DNA from: a virus
Taxonomy: Duplodnaviria; Caudoviricetes
Direction: 5' to 3' (one strand)
DNA length: 60,150 nt
IMG/VR virus record: IMGVR_UViG_3300046385_000041
Span: 1-60,150 of that record
The notes under the pieces were generated by a model. That model had not been told where the DNA came from. It did not search any database and worked only from the letters and a program-made list of their open reading frames with translations. Both the position numbers and the translations under genes were made by a program. Below, piece by piece: positions 41,501-49,472 of this stretch. The number at the start of each line of letters is the position of its first letter. The stretch's first letter is position 1.

Positions 41501-43203
41501 CTGGGCGACAAGGTAGAGGTTGGATAAAACCTGAAGAATATTGGGATGCAAATACAATTATATCTGATTTACATAACTTAACTGAAGGTGAAGGTAGAAA
41601 GAAATTCTTGTCTGAATTTATTGCTAATGCTGAAGATATGTTTGGCAAATTTGAGAATGGTAAATTAGTTGGTCCTAATATAAACAAAGTTGAAGCTGTA
41701 TATGGTACAGATGTCAGAGAAGCTTTAGAAGATGTTTTATACAGAATGATAACTGGTAAAAACAAAAGCTTTGGTAAAGACAAAGAAACTAGTAATTGGG
41801 CTAATTGGGTGTCCGGATCTACAGGGGCGATTATGTTCTTGAATGTAAGATCCGCTGCATTGCAGTTGATTGGAGCAGTTAACTTCTTAAACTTAAGAGA
41901 CAACAATCCTTATGCTGCGGCTAAAGCATTTGCTAATCAAAAGCAATATTGGGAAGATTTTGCTACTATCTGGAATTCAGACAAAATGAAGGAAAGACGT
42001 GGCGGTTTAAAAGAAGATGTTGCTGCTGCTGAAATTGCTAATGCAGCTGCCGGTAGTAAAAACAAAGTTGGTGCTGTATTGTCTTATTTATTAAAAATAG
42101 GTTATACACCAACACAAATGGCTGATAGTTTTGCTATTGCTTCAGGAGGTGCTCCATTCTATAGAAATAGAATAAAGACTTATTTAAAGGATGGTATGAC
42201 CGAACAGGAAGCCGAAGAAGCTGCTTGGGACGACTTTACAAAAGTATCTGATGAGACACAACAATCTGGTGATCCAAGGGACATATCTAAACAGCAAGCT
42301 AGTCCTGCCGGTAGATTATTGTTGACATTCCAGAATACAGCGATGCAACAATCTCGTATTGTTAAAAAAGCGGTGCTTGATCTTAAGAACGGTAGAGGTG
42401 ACGCTAAAACAAACTTTGCTAAGATTGCTTATTATGTTGCAATTCAAAATACAATGTTTGCTGTACTGCAGCAAGGTTTATTTGCGGTTGCATTTGGTGA
42501 TGATGACGAAGACGAAGAGAAACCAGAACAAGAGAAAAAGCTAAATGAAAAATTATTCGATGTAGCTGATGGCGTGATCGATACTGTACTAAGAGGTACC
42601 GGATTTGCTGGCGGAATAGTAGCTACTGTAAAGAACATGGCTAAAAAGTATTTAGACGAAAGGGATAAAAAATTTAAAGCAGACTACGCAAAAGTTGTGC
42701 TTGAAGGTGCTAACCTTTCACCTCCAATTGGGTCTAAACTTAGAAAGCTTTACAGCGGACTTCAACAAACTAAATTTGATAAAGATTTAATTGAAAAAAG
42801 AGGTTGGGATGTAATGCAAGATGGCAGAGTTAAATTAAGCCCTAGCTATGGAGTAACCGGTAAAGTGGTTGAGGCATTTACGAATGTACCAATGGATCGT
42901 TTAGTTACAAAAGTAAATAATGCCTCCGAAGCTTTGAATTCTCAAAATACAACAATGCAGAGAATAATGGTGGGTTTAGGCTGGTCTCCTTATAGTGCTG
43001 GTATTGAAGATTCCGCTGGTGATAAAAAAATCAGAGAAGAAGCTAAAGCTAAAAGGAAAATAGAAGGAGTTGAAAAAGCTAAGGAAACTAGAGAAAGAAC
43101 TAAAGATTCTATTAGACAGCTTCCTGTATCTGAACAGCTAAGACTTAGAAAAGAAATGGCTTTGGATCGAAGAGAGAAAAGGAGAAGAAGAAAAATGGGT
43201 TAA
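35566..43203 (+). CDS. Giant polyvalent virion/ejection protein (zincin HExxH, sigma70 region-2-like, HNH-like domains)
   Basis: 2545 aa, last structural gene; RHELLH; sigma-r2-like segment aa 922-995; repeated IKFS linkers. Confidence 0.7.
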   Translation: MSIYTYNGAEFSEEDVIAKAKEKGMDLDSYINKFGIEKTDAEGPGKKKPVVAKGATVAGTKNTASKSAKPSSVSQDNPFGKVKIFDPLNITKNALDNAQIAKNPSKPVSVKKPSSTIKPYSEYKNEYEENKQKEEEGTFSNYLKESFDSAVSTAVKSIYKTPEYVYNAAASITNPIVEAIGDIVGEDVVPTSADKIMKEYGIRNIPADILAKRIKQSDKIIQEYSAKNGGDPLTAIENGNYLGAAKLIAGGTVQSFPMMAAAMLSGGSTTALAGIAASTAVSKADQLEQENPEMGLGERTINSATSGLLESYLGHLFTGASGAAVSKILEKQGTEIGSKLISNGLVNTLANAIEKNPLIGVLGEVVEEGAVELGNQLNDIKSGIRKELDYRAIANNGIIATGMAGTNTVPIYAAKGYMKSKEYNQLKNVNKEIHSLSSQLSNPYVNKDDKKIISSRIARLADENKAIAGKSLEKIKALPISVKTEINTINSDLDNIKNKYLNIIDNSEIPAEAQKGMIDELSLQAKELHNRKASIIEGNYIYDDFRKLPIAEQDKFKETANNILAKESGQEEGMFKPSKDEIDRKAVEIYNEDLRVKGLAKEVELVQKLIEPGNIGEIVNGIGKNKPVEIFETPEDLQKAYADYMLASGDTEEVRDVTNEIGFMLGNQVVINKKIAETFQEGSTVGRHELLHKILKSSFSDAVEGQKLKDKFLSVLSKKERDVIDKRLEDREYTKKYLDSSPDEYLTQFFEALEAKEIEYGDRSFLNMWKSFMQPIYQKLGFRKLDFKSGSDVYNFVKDYHKSVAKSGLSERAKSLLEKGKTIESDVKSSRAQSEILKQELIKLNENEFEYDPDDFEKQVENLEFKIKREIEKEKSNPKVETVKKEVLTEEDEVKEIIKENRASVASDKVQKIYELKGKEGAQDIINLFKPITKKIVDKRRDAPDFDRELLTDEIETGVGGILDLITKYNPESGIPLAAYINKYLPVRAIATSKRLLGKEFSKDVTEEKALMAEETVPEVKEKQKYANALESKVFSKEAIETINKKILSVVRTLKSKIDAPVSINRTITPLIAEIRDEIGKQVDIDVKTAMGGKKDNQLKNWLLKNKKYILENMTTTWLMGLDGKGGIPQAIQKQIDGKWVNYPEWVGKKIDRESVATDSAGRTSGAELVRRLPNVANNISNEDFLSNVLEPSGNPIRGRKESLAKAIAEETSFDIILNDFENDGPIFQAFETNQERQGVEVKEVIKTDFLRQVERGNIKFSLSPKAKEEFNDSVDEMFEAISLKGRITKAKLRRIVNNVFPDWTQDDKDEVTNKFGTYIRSAIQTIGRKYREKETIKAAKVKDAIRAFTDSVDDGVAIGVRLGVPSVTANLKNSEHIKELQDINIDFGQQLLKDVGQREGLELLASFWYPSVAGRTKDESKSIFKGKGSFRQFLQDIQDGFDNKIKFEDLNIDRKSNAVTKEMVDGNISAESKANDLRVSGNAWDFTNRSVEFFAKEVKDPNNGYSNKHLASLLTMLIYERNSALRSAAPATGVIVDPRIKNIKKYDYDHSVPARYVLSRLMDKYVDGKDVDLNKLKKDYIVTVIPLTMTESLKNAGLQSMMPYDYKDGDGADSRLQYGNKDISRMIKFSLSTKANLKWENNLGVTSADFKVGKYNYTIKTAPIKSYGIEGEPGMDKTFKKIANNLEIPLTQLTNNKNFNWVSFAEENGGNGILNTGNAFKVFGIVTNGLIDYIEKNNIEGIAFSADSTEPSRVRLYKTLASTIGAKLGWEYTAVDSETKENGIVFVVNSSNSDSFKNQSEIQQGKIKFSKAISPTFNKIIEENKGIEDYKNFSDIVARRRGAGKNKFDIYVPASAADFELLLYNFMGEGKKGEEQKKFFTETLLKPYANGNDLMDAARQSIKKEYKQLLNEFTDVAKMIEKRTPDGDFTYDQAIRVAMWNDEGADIPGLSQRDSNKLTTLVNSDPELKAFKDALIVTGRQGRGWIKPEEYWDANTIISDLHNLTEGEGRKKFLSEFIANAEDMFGKFENGKLVGPNINKVEAVYGTDVREALEDVLYRMITGKNKSFGKDKETSNWANWVSGSTGAIMFLNVRSAALQLIGAVNFLNLRDNNPYAAAKAFANQKQYWEDFATIWNSDKMKERRGGLKEDVAAAEIANAAAGSKNKVGAVLSYLLKIGYTPTQMADSFAIASGGAPFYRNRIKTYLKDGMTEQEAEEAAWDDFTKVSDETQQSGDPRDISKQQASPAGRLLLTFQNTAMQQSRIVKKAVLDLKNGRGDAKTNFAKIAYYVAIQNTMFAVLQQGLFAVAFGDDDEDEEKPEQEKKLNEKLFDVADGVIDTVLRGTGFAGGIVATVKNMAKKYLDERDKKFKADYAKVVLEGANLSPPIGSKLRKLYSGLQQTKFDKDLIEKRGWDVMQDGRVKLSPSYGVTGKVVEAFTNVPMDRLVTKVNNASEALNSQNTTMQRIMVGLGWSPYSAGIEDSAGDKKIREEAKAKRKIEGVEKAKETRERTKDSIRQLPVSEQLRLRKEMALDRREKRRRRKMG

Positions 43204-43240
43204 TGAAAAATAGGCACCATACCTAGAAATCCATGAATAG

Positions 43241-43272
43241 AAAAAGGGAAGCTTAACGGCCTCCCTTTTTTT
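43241..43272. terminator. Bidirectional terminator at convergence of the two arms
   Basis: AAAAAGGGAAGC-TTAACG-GCCTCCCTTTTTTT; stem fully paired (one G:U) on the - strand. Confidence 0.8.
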
Positions 43273-43843
43273 ATTTAATCTTATAAAACATTACAAATAC
43301 TTTTCTGCTATTTGTAAACTTATTTGGGTATTTACTGTGAAAGTAATTACATGGATATGATAATGCTCTATTTTGTTTGTGACCTATAACGGATTTTAAA
43401 TTCCATAAGGATTTATCATTAGCATCGGTATTTAATAGCCTATTATATTCCTTTTCATTTATATCTACAAACTTGTCTCCGTGTATTTTATGTTCCCAGA
43501 ACGCGGTACCGTTTAATTCATCCGTATTGTTATCAGATATAAACAATACTAAAGCTCTATCTGGTTGTTGTCCTTCTATGATTGAGTCATTATGTATACG
43601 CCAATCATCATCTTGATTTAATTTTGCCTCACGAAAAAAACCTAATATACATTCTATATTATTGTTTTCTAATTGCTCAACTTTACTAATAATAAGATCC
43701 AAAAATTCTTGACTAGGTATTTTAACCCAGAAAGATTTGCCGGGCATATCAACCTTGGTAAATTCCGCGGTGTCCTTGTTCAACAAATCTATAAGTTCCT
43801 GGTTTAAAAAATCATCTTTAATATATATCATATTATCCATCAC
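43271..43843 (-). CDS. 2OG-Fe(II) oxygenase-like protein (DUF6445-like)
   Basis: WRIHND (HxD), GTAFW, NRAL, YFHS (distal His), SRKVFVMF (2OG Arg). Confidence 0.75.
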   Translation of the reverse strand: MMDNMIYIKDDFLNQELIDLLNKDTAEFTKVDMPGKSFWVKIPSQEFLDLIISKVEQLENNNIECILGFFREAKLNQDDDWRIHNDSIIEGQQPDRALVLFISDNNTDELNGTAFWEHKIHGDKFVDINEKEYNRLLNTDANDKSLWNLKSVIGHKQNRALSYPCNYFHSKYPNKFTNSRKVFVMFYKIK

Positions 43844-45562
43844 CTAGCCATCGCAGCTCAGGCACCCTTCATCCATTGCTTTAGCAGCTAAGTCACCACG
43901 TAAAACAGATTCAGTACGCATATAATACAAAGTTTTAATTCCTTTTTTCCATGCATCCATGTGAACTTTATTAATCCACTTTGGTGTCGCTTCATTTGGA
44001 AAAGCTAAATTTAAACTAACGGATTGATCAATATATTGTTGTCTGATACCTGCTTGATTAACCAATTCTAACTGATTGATCTCTTTAAACGTTTTGAAAA
44101 CATCTTTAGCCGGTATGTCGTGATTAAACATAATATCATCGAGCTCGTCAATATCTTGAACAGAACCTCCATCAGCCAATATTTTTGCCCAAATTTCATC
44201 TGTATTAATTTTATGTTTTTTTAATAGTTTTACTAAGCTTGGATTTTTTCGAATGAAAGTACCTTTTGCACTTTGCTCGGTAAATACGTTAGCAGCCCAT
44301 GGCTCAATACCTGAAGATACGTTCCCACTAAGCTTACTATTGCTGACAGTAGGAGCAATGGCGCGAAGATGGGTATTACGCATACCAGTACCAACGCACC
44401 ATAAAGGTTCGCCATAAACTTCTGCAAGCGCTTTACTGGCTCGTTCGCTTTCAATTTTGAGTTGACTAAAGATTTTCCTTGTTTCATACTGTGCAAGCAA
44501 TCCTTCGAAGGGCAATCCTTTTTCTTGCAGGTATGTGTGCCATCCCAACACTCCAAGTCCAAGAGGCCTTCCCTTACTAGCCGATCTAACCGCATTTTCA
44601 AAGCCTCGTAATCCTTTTGCTCTTTGGATGAATTCTTCCATGACTCCGTCGAGAAACCAGATTGCGTCATAGATGAGGTTTGTGTCTTTCCATTCTTCAT
44701 ATTTTGCTAAATTTAATGATGATAAACAACATACAAAGCTATGTGTTTCATCGGTGTGTAATGTTATTTCACTGCATATATTAGTCATGTGTACTTTTAA
44801 CCCATGAGTTCTATAAGCTTGTGGATTTGATTTGTTTGTGTTTCCTTTAAACAAGACATAAGGTTCACCAGTTGCTTTACGTTTTCTGATAAGGGCACTC
44901 CACTTATCCCTTGCCTCATTATCTCCTTGTTCAAGCTTTCGCATGAATTTATCACCGACAACAACGCATTGATGTAAATTAAGAGATTGTCTGTTGACAT
45001 CGCCTTTTGGTTCTCTAATTTCAAGCCATTCCTTAAAATCTCCGTGTTCAATGTTGATATTAACAGAAGCTGCTCCTCTACGGACTGAGCCTTGGTTAGT
45101 TGCGAGGATAGTTGAGTCATATATTTTGCAGAAAGGTACAACTCCATCTGATGTTCCATTGCCTGTTATTTTAGCGCCAGCGGGTCTTATTTGATTAACT
45201 CCGATACCAACTCCACCGCCATGCTTAGCGAGTAGCATCATCTCTAAATTCTTTTGTCCAATATCTTGAATGCTGTCCGCAACATCAATACCAAAACAAC
45301 TGATTGGTAATCCACGATCCGTTCCTGTGTTTGATAATACAGGTGAAGCTAAACATAACCATCCATTCCAAATATATTCAAAAAACTTATCTGCTAATTC
45401 TGGTTTGTATAATCTTTTAGCAACAGTTGATGCAACGCGCATATAGGCGTCTTTTGGTGTTTCCCAAGGTAATAGATACCCTCCGGCAATTGTCTTCTTA
45501 TATACGTCCGTATTGGCCCAAACAGGGTAATCAACCCCAGGTTGCCATTCATTATTCCACAT
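43844..45562 (-). CDS. nrdA: Ribonucleotide reductase class I alpha subunit (short, no ATP cone)
   Basis: PISCF, TNICSEI, VCCLSSLNL, IAPTVS, KTLYY, C-terminal CLSC. Confidence 0.95.
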   Translation of the reverse strand: MWNNEWQPGVDYPVWANTDVYKKTIAGGYLLPWETPKDAYMRVASTVAKRLYKPELADKFFEYIWNGWLCLASPVLSNTGTDRGLPISCFGIDVADSIQDIGQKNLEMMLLAKHGGGVGIGVNQIRPAGAKITGNGTSDGVVPFCKIYDSTILATNQGSVRRGAASVNINIEHGDFKEWLEIREPKGDVNRQSLNLHQCVVVGDKFMRKLEQGDNEARDKWSALIRKRKATGEPYVLFKGNTNKSNPQAYRTHGLKVHMTNICSEITLHTDETHSFVCCLSSLNLAKYEEWKDTNLIYDAIWFLDGVMEEFIQRAKGLRGFENAVRSASKGRPLGLGVLGWHTYLQEKGLPFEGLLAQYETRKIFSQLKIESERASKALAEVYGEPLWCVGTGMRNTHLRAIAPTVSNSKLSGNVSSGIEPWAANVFTEQSAKGTFIRKNPSLVKLLKKHKINTDEIWAKILADGGSVQDIDELDDIMFNHDIPAKDVFKTFKEINQLELVNQAGIRQQYIDQSVSLNLAFPNEATPKWINKVHMDAWKKGIKTLYYMRTESVLRGDLAAKAMDEGCLSCDG

Positions 45563-45758
45563 TCAAACCTCCTTCTTCTGCTTTTGCTTTTTCTGTCAAC
45601 TCTTTAATAGCTTCTTCGTAACCCGGCATCAATTTAATTGTGCTTAATGTTCCAACTGCTAAATTAGTTAAATGTTGTTGCTCATCCATAACGCCTTGCA
45701 TTACTCTAATCATTGCATCAACTCTGTTTTTCATTTCAATTAATGTTTGTTCTTTCAT
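45552..45758 (-). CDS. Hypothetical protein
   Basis: ORF between nrdB and nrdA. Confidence 0.6.
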   Translation of the reverse strand: MKEQTLIEMKNRVDAMIRVMQGVMDEQQHLTNLAVGTLSTIKLMPGYEEAIKELTEKAKAEEGGLNVE

Positions 45759-45808
45759 TTTATTTAATTTTAATTACCATATATCTTATAATAGCCTGTC
45801 TACTTATA

Positions 45809-46783
45809 TTAATCACCCCAGATGTCTTCAAAATCTTCTCCTTCGTTTGCTTTACTGTAATCAGTAGGTCTAATAGCAAAGAAATCCGTATGTGTTACAC
45901 CGCCTGTTAAGTGATAGAACCAATCTAAATTTGATGCTGCCTCTTTATTAAATGGGAAATAAGATCCCAAATCTAAATAACCAAGCTCAACTAATTTTTC
46001 GTTTGTTCTTTTCTTTATGAACTGTATTAAGTCGTAAGATTTGATACCTTCAATTTCTCCAGCTTCAAACATCTTATCAATATACTTAATCTCTAATTCA
46101 ACCATTGTTTCTGCAGCTGTTATAACATCTTGTCTGCAATTTTCTAATAACGTAGGATCTTCTTCACACATGTGACGGAATAATTGGCATCCCATCTTAC
46201 TGTGCAGTGATTCATCACGTACGCTCCATTTCATTTGTTGCCCGATGCCTTTAAGTAAATTCCTTAATTGAAAAGAATATAATACAGCGAAAGCAGAATA
46301 AAGACTAACCCCTTCAGCGAAAGCGCTAAATACAGCAAGAGAGCGCCCAATATCAACTGTACTCCTACCTTCTGTTGCAACCAGGTTAGCAAACCTTTCA
46401 GCCGTTGCAGGCTCGTGTAAAAAAGCTTTGAAATCATCTAATCCTAATGTTTCATTTAAATAACTATATGCTACAGCGTGAATAGTTTCTTGAGAACCAA
46501 ACAGCATTGCCATTTGTTGTATCTCATGCTTAGGAAACCATTTAACCACACTTTGTGTCCAGTAATCTGATACCGCGCACTCTGTCTGAGCGAAACCTAG
46601 CAGGATATTACCTACTAGATTCTTTTCAGACTCGCTTAGCTTTTCATTCCAGTCTTTCACATCGCCAGACATACTGATCTCTGTATGCAACCAAAATGCT
46701 TGAGCTTGCTTTAACCAACCTTCTGTGTAGTATATAGGGAATTCAAACGGTTTGTACTCAATTCTTTTGTCAAATAATCCCAT
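45809..46783 (-). CDS. nrdB: Ribonucleotide reductase class I beta subunit
   Basis: QETIHAVAY, AEGVSLYSAF, RDESLH, C-terminal DFF...Y. Confidence 0.95.
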   Translation of the reverse strand: MGLFDKRIEYKPFEFPIYYTEGWLKQAQAFWLHTEISMSGDVKDWNEKLSESEKNLVGNILLGFAQTECAVSDYWTQSVVKWFPKHEIQQMAMLFGSQETIHAVAYSYLNETLGLDDFKAFLHEPATAERFANLVATEGRSTVDIGRSLAVFSAFAEGVSLYSAFAVLYSFQLRNLLKGIGQQMKWSVRDESLHSKMGCQLFRHMCEEDPTLLENCRQDVITAAETMVELEIKYIDKMFEAGEIEGIKSYDLIQFIKKRTNEKLVELGYLDLGSYFPFNKEAASNLDWFYHLTGGVTHTDFFAIRPTDYSKANEGEDFEDIWGD

Positions 46784-46791
46784 ATATATAT

Positions 46792-46959
46792 TTATTTATA
46801 AATTTCTAAAGCAATATCAATAAACGGCAAGTATAATACGTGCAACTTTGATTCATCATATTCATAAGTTCTAATTCCAAATAATATACCCGGATAAATT
46901 CCTACGGATAATTCCCACGCTTTAGGCTCCTCTACTTCTACTTTTTTCTTTCTTGTCAT
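46792..46959 (-). CDS. Small hypothetical protein (55 aa), absent from the ORF track
   Basis: MTRKKK...YPGILFGIRTY...LYLPFIDIALEIYK. Confidence 0.6.
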   Translation of the reverse strand: MTRKKKVEVEEPKAWELSVGIYPGILFGIRTYEYDESKLHVLYLPFIDIALEIYK

Positions 46960-46965
46960 AATTAT

Positions 46966-47133
46966 TTATTTAGCATTGTTATATTGTTCTATTACTTCGA
47001 GCAACTCTTTATATATCACTTTGCCTTTATTAGCAAAGGACCAAGCTACCCATTTATCTATTTGTCTTTCGGCATATTTTTTCCTTGCCTCATGTTTCTT
47101 TCTAATAGAATCATTTGTATTGTTTCTTTGCAT
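46966..47133 (-). CDS. Small hypothetical protein (55 aa), absent from the ORF track
   Basis: MQRNN...YAERQIDKWVAWSF...; fills the gap. Confidence 0.55.
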   Translation of the reverse strand: MQRNNTNDSIRKKHEARKKYAERQIDKWVAWSFANKGKVIYKELLEVIEQYNNAK

Positions 47134-47151
47134 TCTAATTGTTATTTAGTA

Positions 47152-47748
47152 TTATAACTTATTATATTTAAGTTTTTCTATAGCTACTTTGCGATTTGAT
47201 TTTCTTTTATTTGTATATGATAAATCTATAATGCCATTTAGCCGTTTTATAGTGCTTTTACAAATACCAGTAGACCGATTGCATTCCGCTATAGAGCAAT
47301 ATTCAATTCCTTCCCAAACAACTTTTTTCCTAGCGGGTTGGGATATTTTGTTTTGCAATATAGAATTTTTAGTATGTTTCATACCGACTCTTTTTTTATG
47401 CCCATTTTGAGGCATATTTTTACCTTTATTAGGATGATGTTTGCCATACATTGGATTTTTAGAACCAACTCTGTTATAAGGTTTATTAATACAATTACCG
47501 CCACCTTCGCATACATTGGTTAAATTTTTTAATCCTATTAAATCTATTAAAATTTCCTCGATAGTATAAGCTTGTTCCTCTGATAGATTATCAATTAATT
47601 TAATAACTTCCCAATTTGGATATTTATTTATAGTATTATTCCAATGGAGATTCCTATGGGCTTTAGAATATGCTCTTTTTCCGCACCCTTTGCCTATATA
47701 AAAAATCCCGTTTTCATTAACATGCATGTATATATAATATTTACCCAT
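47152..47748 (-). CDS. Free-standing GIY-YIG homing endonuclease with NUMOD-type DNA-binding motifs
   Basis: YYIY...FYIGKG...R, conserved E and N; NPMYGKHH and GMKHT NUMOD3-like motifs. Confidence 0.85.
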   Translation of the reverse strand: MGKYYIYMHVNENGIFYIGKGCGKRAYSKAHRNLHWNNTINKYPNWEVIKLIDNLSEEQAYTIEEILIDLIGLKNLTNVCEGGGNCINKPYNRVGSKNPMYGKHHPNKGKNMPQNGHKKRVGMKHTKNSILQNKISQPARKKVVWEGIEYCSIAECNRSTGICKSTIKRLNGIIDLSYTNKRKSNRKVAIEKLKYNKL

Positions 47749-47785
47749 AATATTTATTTATTATATTTGTCTATAATATATATAA

Positions 47786-48253
47786 TCACTCGTTTGTACT
47801 ACCTTTTACTTTATTAATATAATTTTTTATTATACGAATTGCTTCATCACACTCTACTTGCGACTGCGGTTTTAATAATAATCTACCAGGGTCATTCTTA
47901 CGTACCCAATCTTTAAATAATTTATATCTTAACGGAAAACTTTCATTAGCCCTTCCTTTTGTTTCGCAAGTCCACCCATCACCTTCAAAGTCTGGCGTAT
48001 ATTTAATGCCTAATATTTTTTTATTCCCTCTATCTATAAACTCTCCTTTTCCGTTAGATTGCCTTTCAATAGAACTACTATTGAACAGGAATGTGTCTAA
48101 CAATTGATATGTTTTGCCTTCGTATTTAAAATCAATACCAGCATCTTTCAATGCCTTGTACATATACTTTTCAAGTCCGGAAGCAAAGGTTATGCCGTCA
48201 TACATAACCTTTTTTGCTACTACCGGCCCTTTCTTTCTGCTAATTTTCTTCAT
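47786..48253 (-). CDS. T7 endonuclease I-like resolvase
   Basis: FASGLE, YTPDF, ETKG motifs. Confidence 0.8.
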   Translation of the reverse strand: MKKISRKKGPVVAKKVMYDGITFASGLEKYMYKALKDAGIDFKYEGKTYQLLDTFLFNSSSIERQSNGKGEFIDRGNKKILGIKYTPDFEGDGWTCETKGRANESFPLRYKLFKDWVRKNDPGRLLLKPQSQVECDEAIRIIKNYINKVKGSTNE

Positions 48254-48545
48254 CTATTGTATATGAGAAACCATTAGCCTCCGTCCATTTTTCAGCGTCT
48301 TTAACATCTATTTTTAAAAGCTCTAATTCTTCTTTTATATTAGTAACTTCTTCTTTAAGACGTTGAACATATAAGACGGCATCCATTAATTCTTCTTGGA
48401 AATGATTAAGCCAAGTGTGCATATCTGATTTGTCATCGCGTAATGTTTTACCATACTTTGCAAATCCAACATCCGATCTTGATACAAATTTGTCTACTAC
48501 ATTTTCAACAACCGGATCTCTAAATATTATTTCTTTCTTTGTCAT
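48240..48545 (-). CDS. All-alpha NTP pyrophosphohydrolase-like protein
   Basis: RSxxGxxKYG...WLNHFQEELMDAVLY. Confidence 0.6.
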   Translation of the reverse strand: MTKKEIIFRDPVVENVVDKFVSRSDVGFAKYGKTLRDDKSDMHTWLNHFQEELMDAVLYVQRLKEEVTNIKEELELLKIDVKDAEKWTEANGFSYTIDEEN

Positions 48546-49462
48546 TACAATGTACTATTAAATGTGTTTGTTGTGCTGCCTTTTGCTGTATTAGTTAGCC
48601 CAGTGTAATAAGCATGTCTAGCCTGAGTAACATTATTTTTAACAAACGTACCATTTTGCATCGATCCTTTTCTATTCTTAATTTCATCATAAGCTGCATC
48701 AATACACTCCTCAACTTTAAACCCTAATAGATATGCTAAGTTAGTTAATACAACAATTGAATCACCAATACCATCTTTTTGTTCTTCTTTATTGCCATTA
48801 AGAATAGCTTTAGATAATTCACCAACTTCCTCAATAAGCTTTACAAATTGTGTTTTAGGATCGCCACTGGCATATATGCCTCTTTCTTGCGCCCAAGACC
48901 TAATTTCTTTAAATCTATTAGTTTTTTTGCTAGTTTTTTCTTTAAATTCAATTTGTTGTTTTGGTAAAGTAGCAATTAATCTATTGTCTACCGTTGCATT
49001 TGTTGGCAATAATTTTAAGTATTCACTTAATGCTTTATTATAAACGTACGATCTATTAGGATTGTACATCGATGTTCTTACATTTGTCATGATCCAATCT
49101 ACAATAGTAGGAGTCAATTTAAAATTTCCATAAGGAGAAGTAATTATTTCCCCAATGTTGTCCATAAGCTGCCCTTTTAATTTACTTACAGGGCATGCAA
49201 ATGTAATTGTTTGTTCTGTTACGTTTGTTTCCATTTTATTTAATTTAAGTTTATTCATTAATTCTTTATAGGAATGCAAGTCTATCTTATAGCCGTAGAG
49301 TAATTGAAGCTCTGCCTCCTTTGCTGATATATAATCTATATCTTCGCTAGAGTCCAGAACTTCGTATTCGGATGGCTGGTACCCTTGTTGTACCGTAATT
49401 CTATTATTAAGATTACGTGTAACTCCTATCTTTTTCCCTAATATATGGTAAATATAAAACAT
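48545..49462 (-). CDS. GIY-YIG-like N-terminus fused to MazG-like NTP pyrophosphohydrolase
   Basis: FYIYHI..KKIGVT...R N-terminus; KLIEEVGEL...DGIGD...IKNRKG C-terminus; ATG at 49462 preferred. Confidence 0.75.
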   Translation of the reverse strand: MFYIYHILGKKIGVTRNLNNRITVQQGYQPSEYEVLDSSEDIDYISAKEAELQLLYGYKIDLHSYKELMNKLKLNKMETNVTEQTITFACPVSKLKGQLMDNIGEIITSPYGNFKLTPTIVDWIMTNVRTSMYNPNRSYVYNKALSEYLKLLPTNATVDNRLIATLPKQQIEFKEKTSKKTNRFKEIRSWAQERGIYASGDPKTQFVKLIEEVGELSKAILNGNKEEQKDGIGDSIVVLTNLAYLLGFKVEECIDAAYDEIKNRKGSMQNGTFVKNNVTQARHAYYTGLTNTAKGSTTNTFNSTL

Positions 49463-49472
49463 TCTTTTGAAT

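Noticed and set aside
110-42638. Many antisense and alternate-frame ORFs in the track (e.g. 3110-3649, 41364-41906)
   Set aside because: They shadow well-supported genes and have no motifs
35566-43203. Virion RNA polymerase as in crAss-like phages
   Set aside because: No NADFDGD/DFDID-type catalytic motif seen; PDFDRE belongs to the sigma-like segment and KDGDG does not fit DxDGD
43204-43240. Possible small RNA between the giant gene and the terminator
   Set aside because: Too short and no convincing structure from a single sequence
47152-47748. Group I intron around the GIY-YIG gene
   Set aside because: Flanking ORFs appear complete and no intron core is recognisable; treated as free-standing
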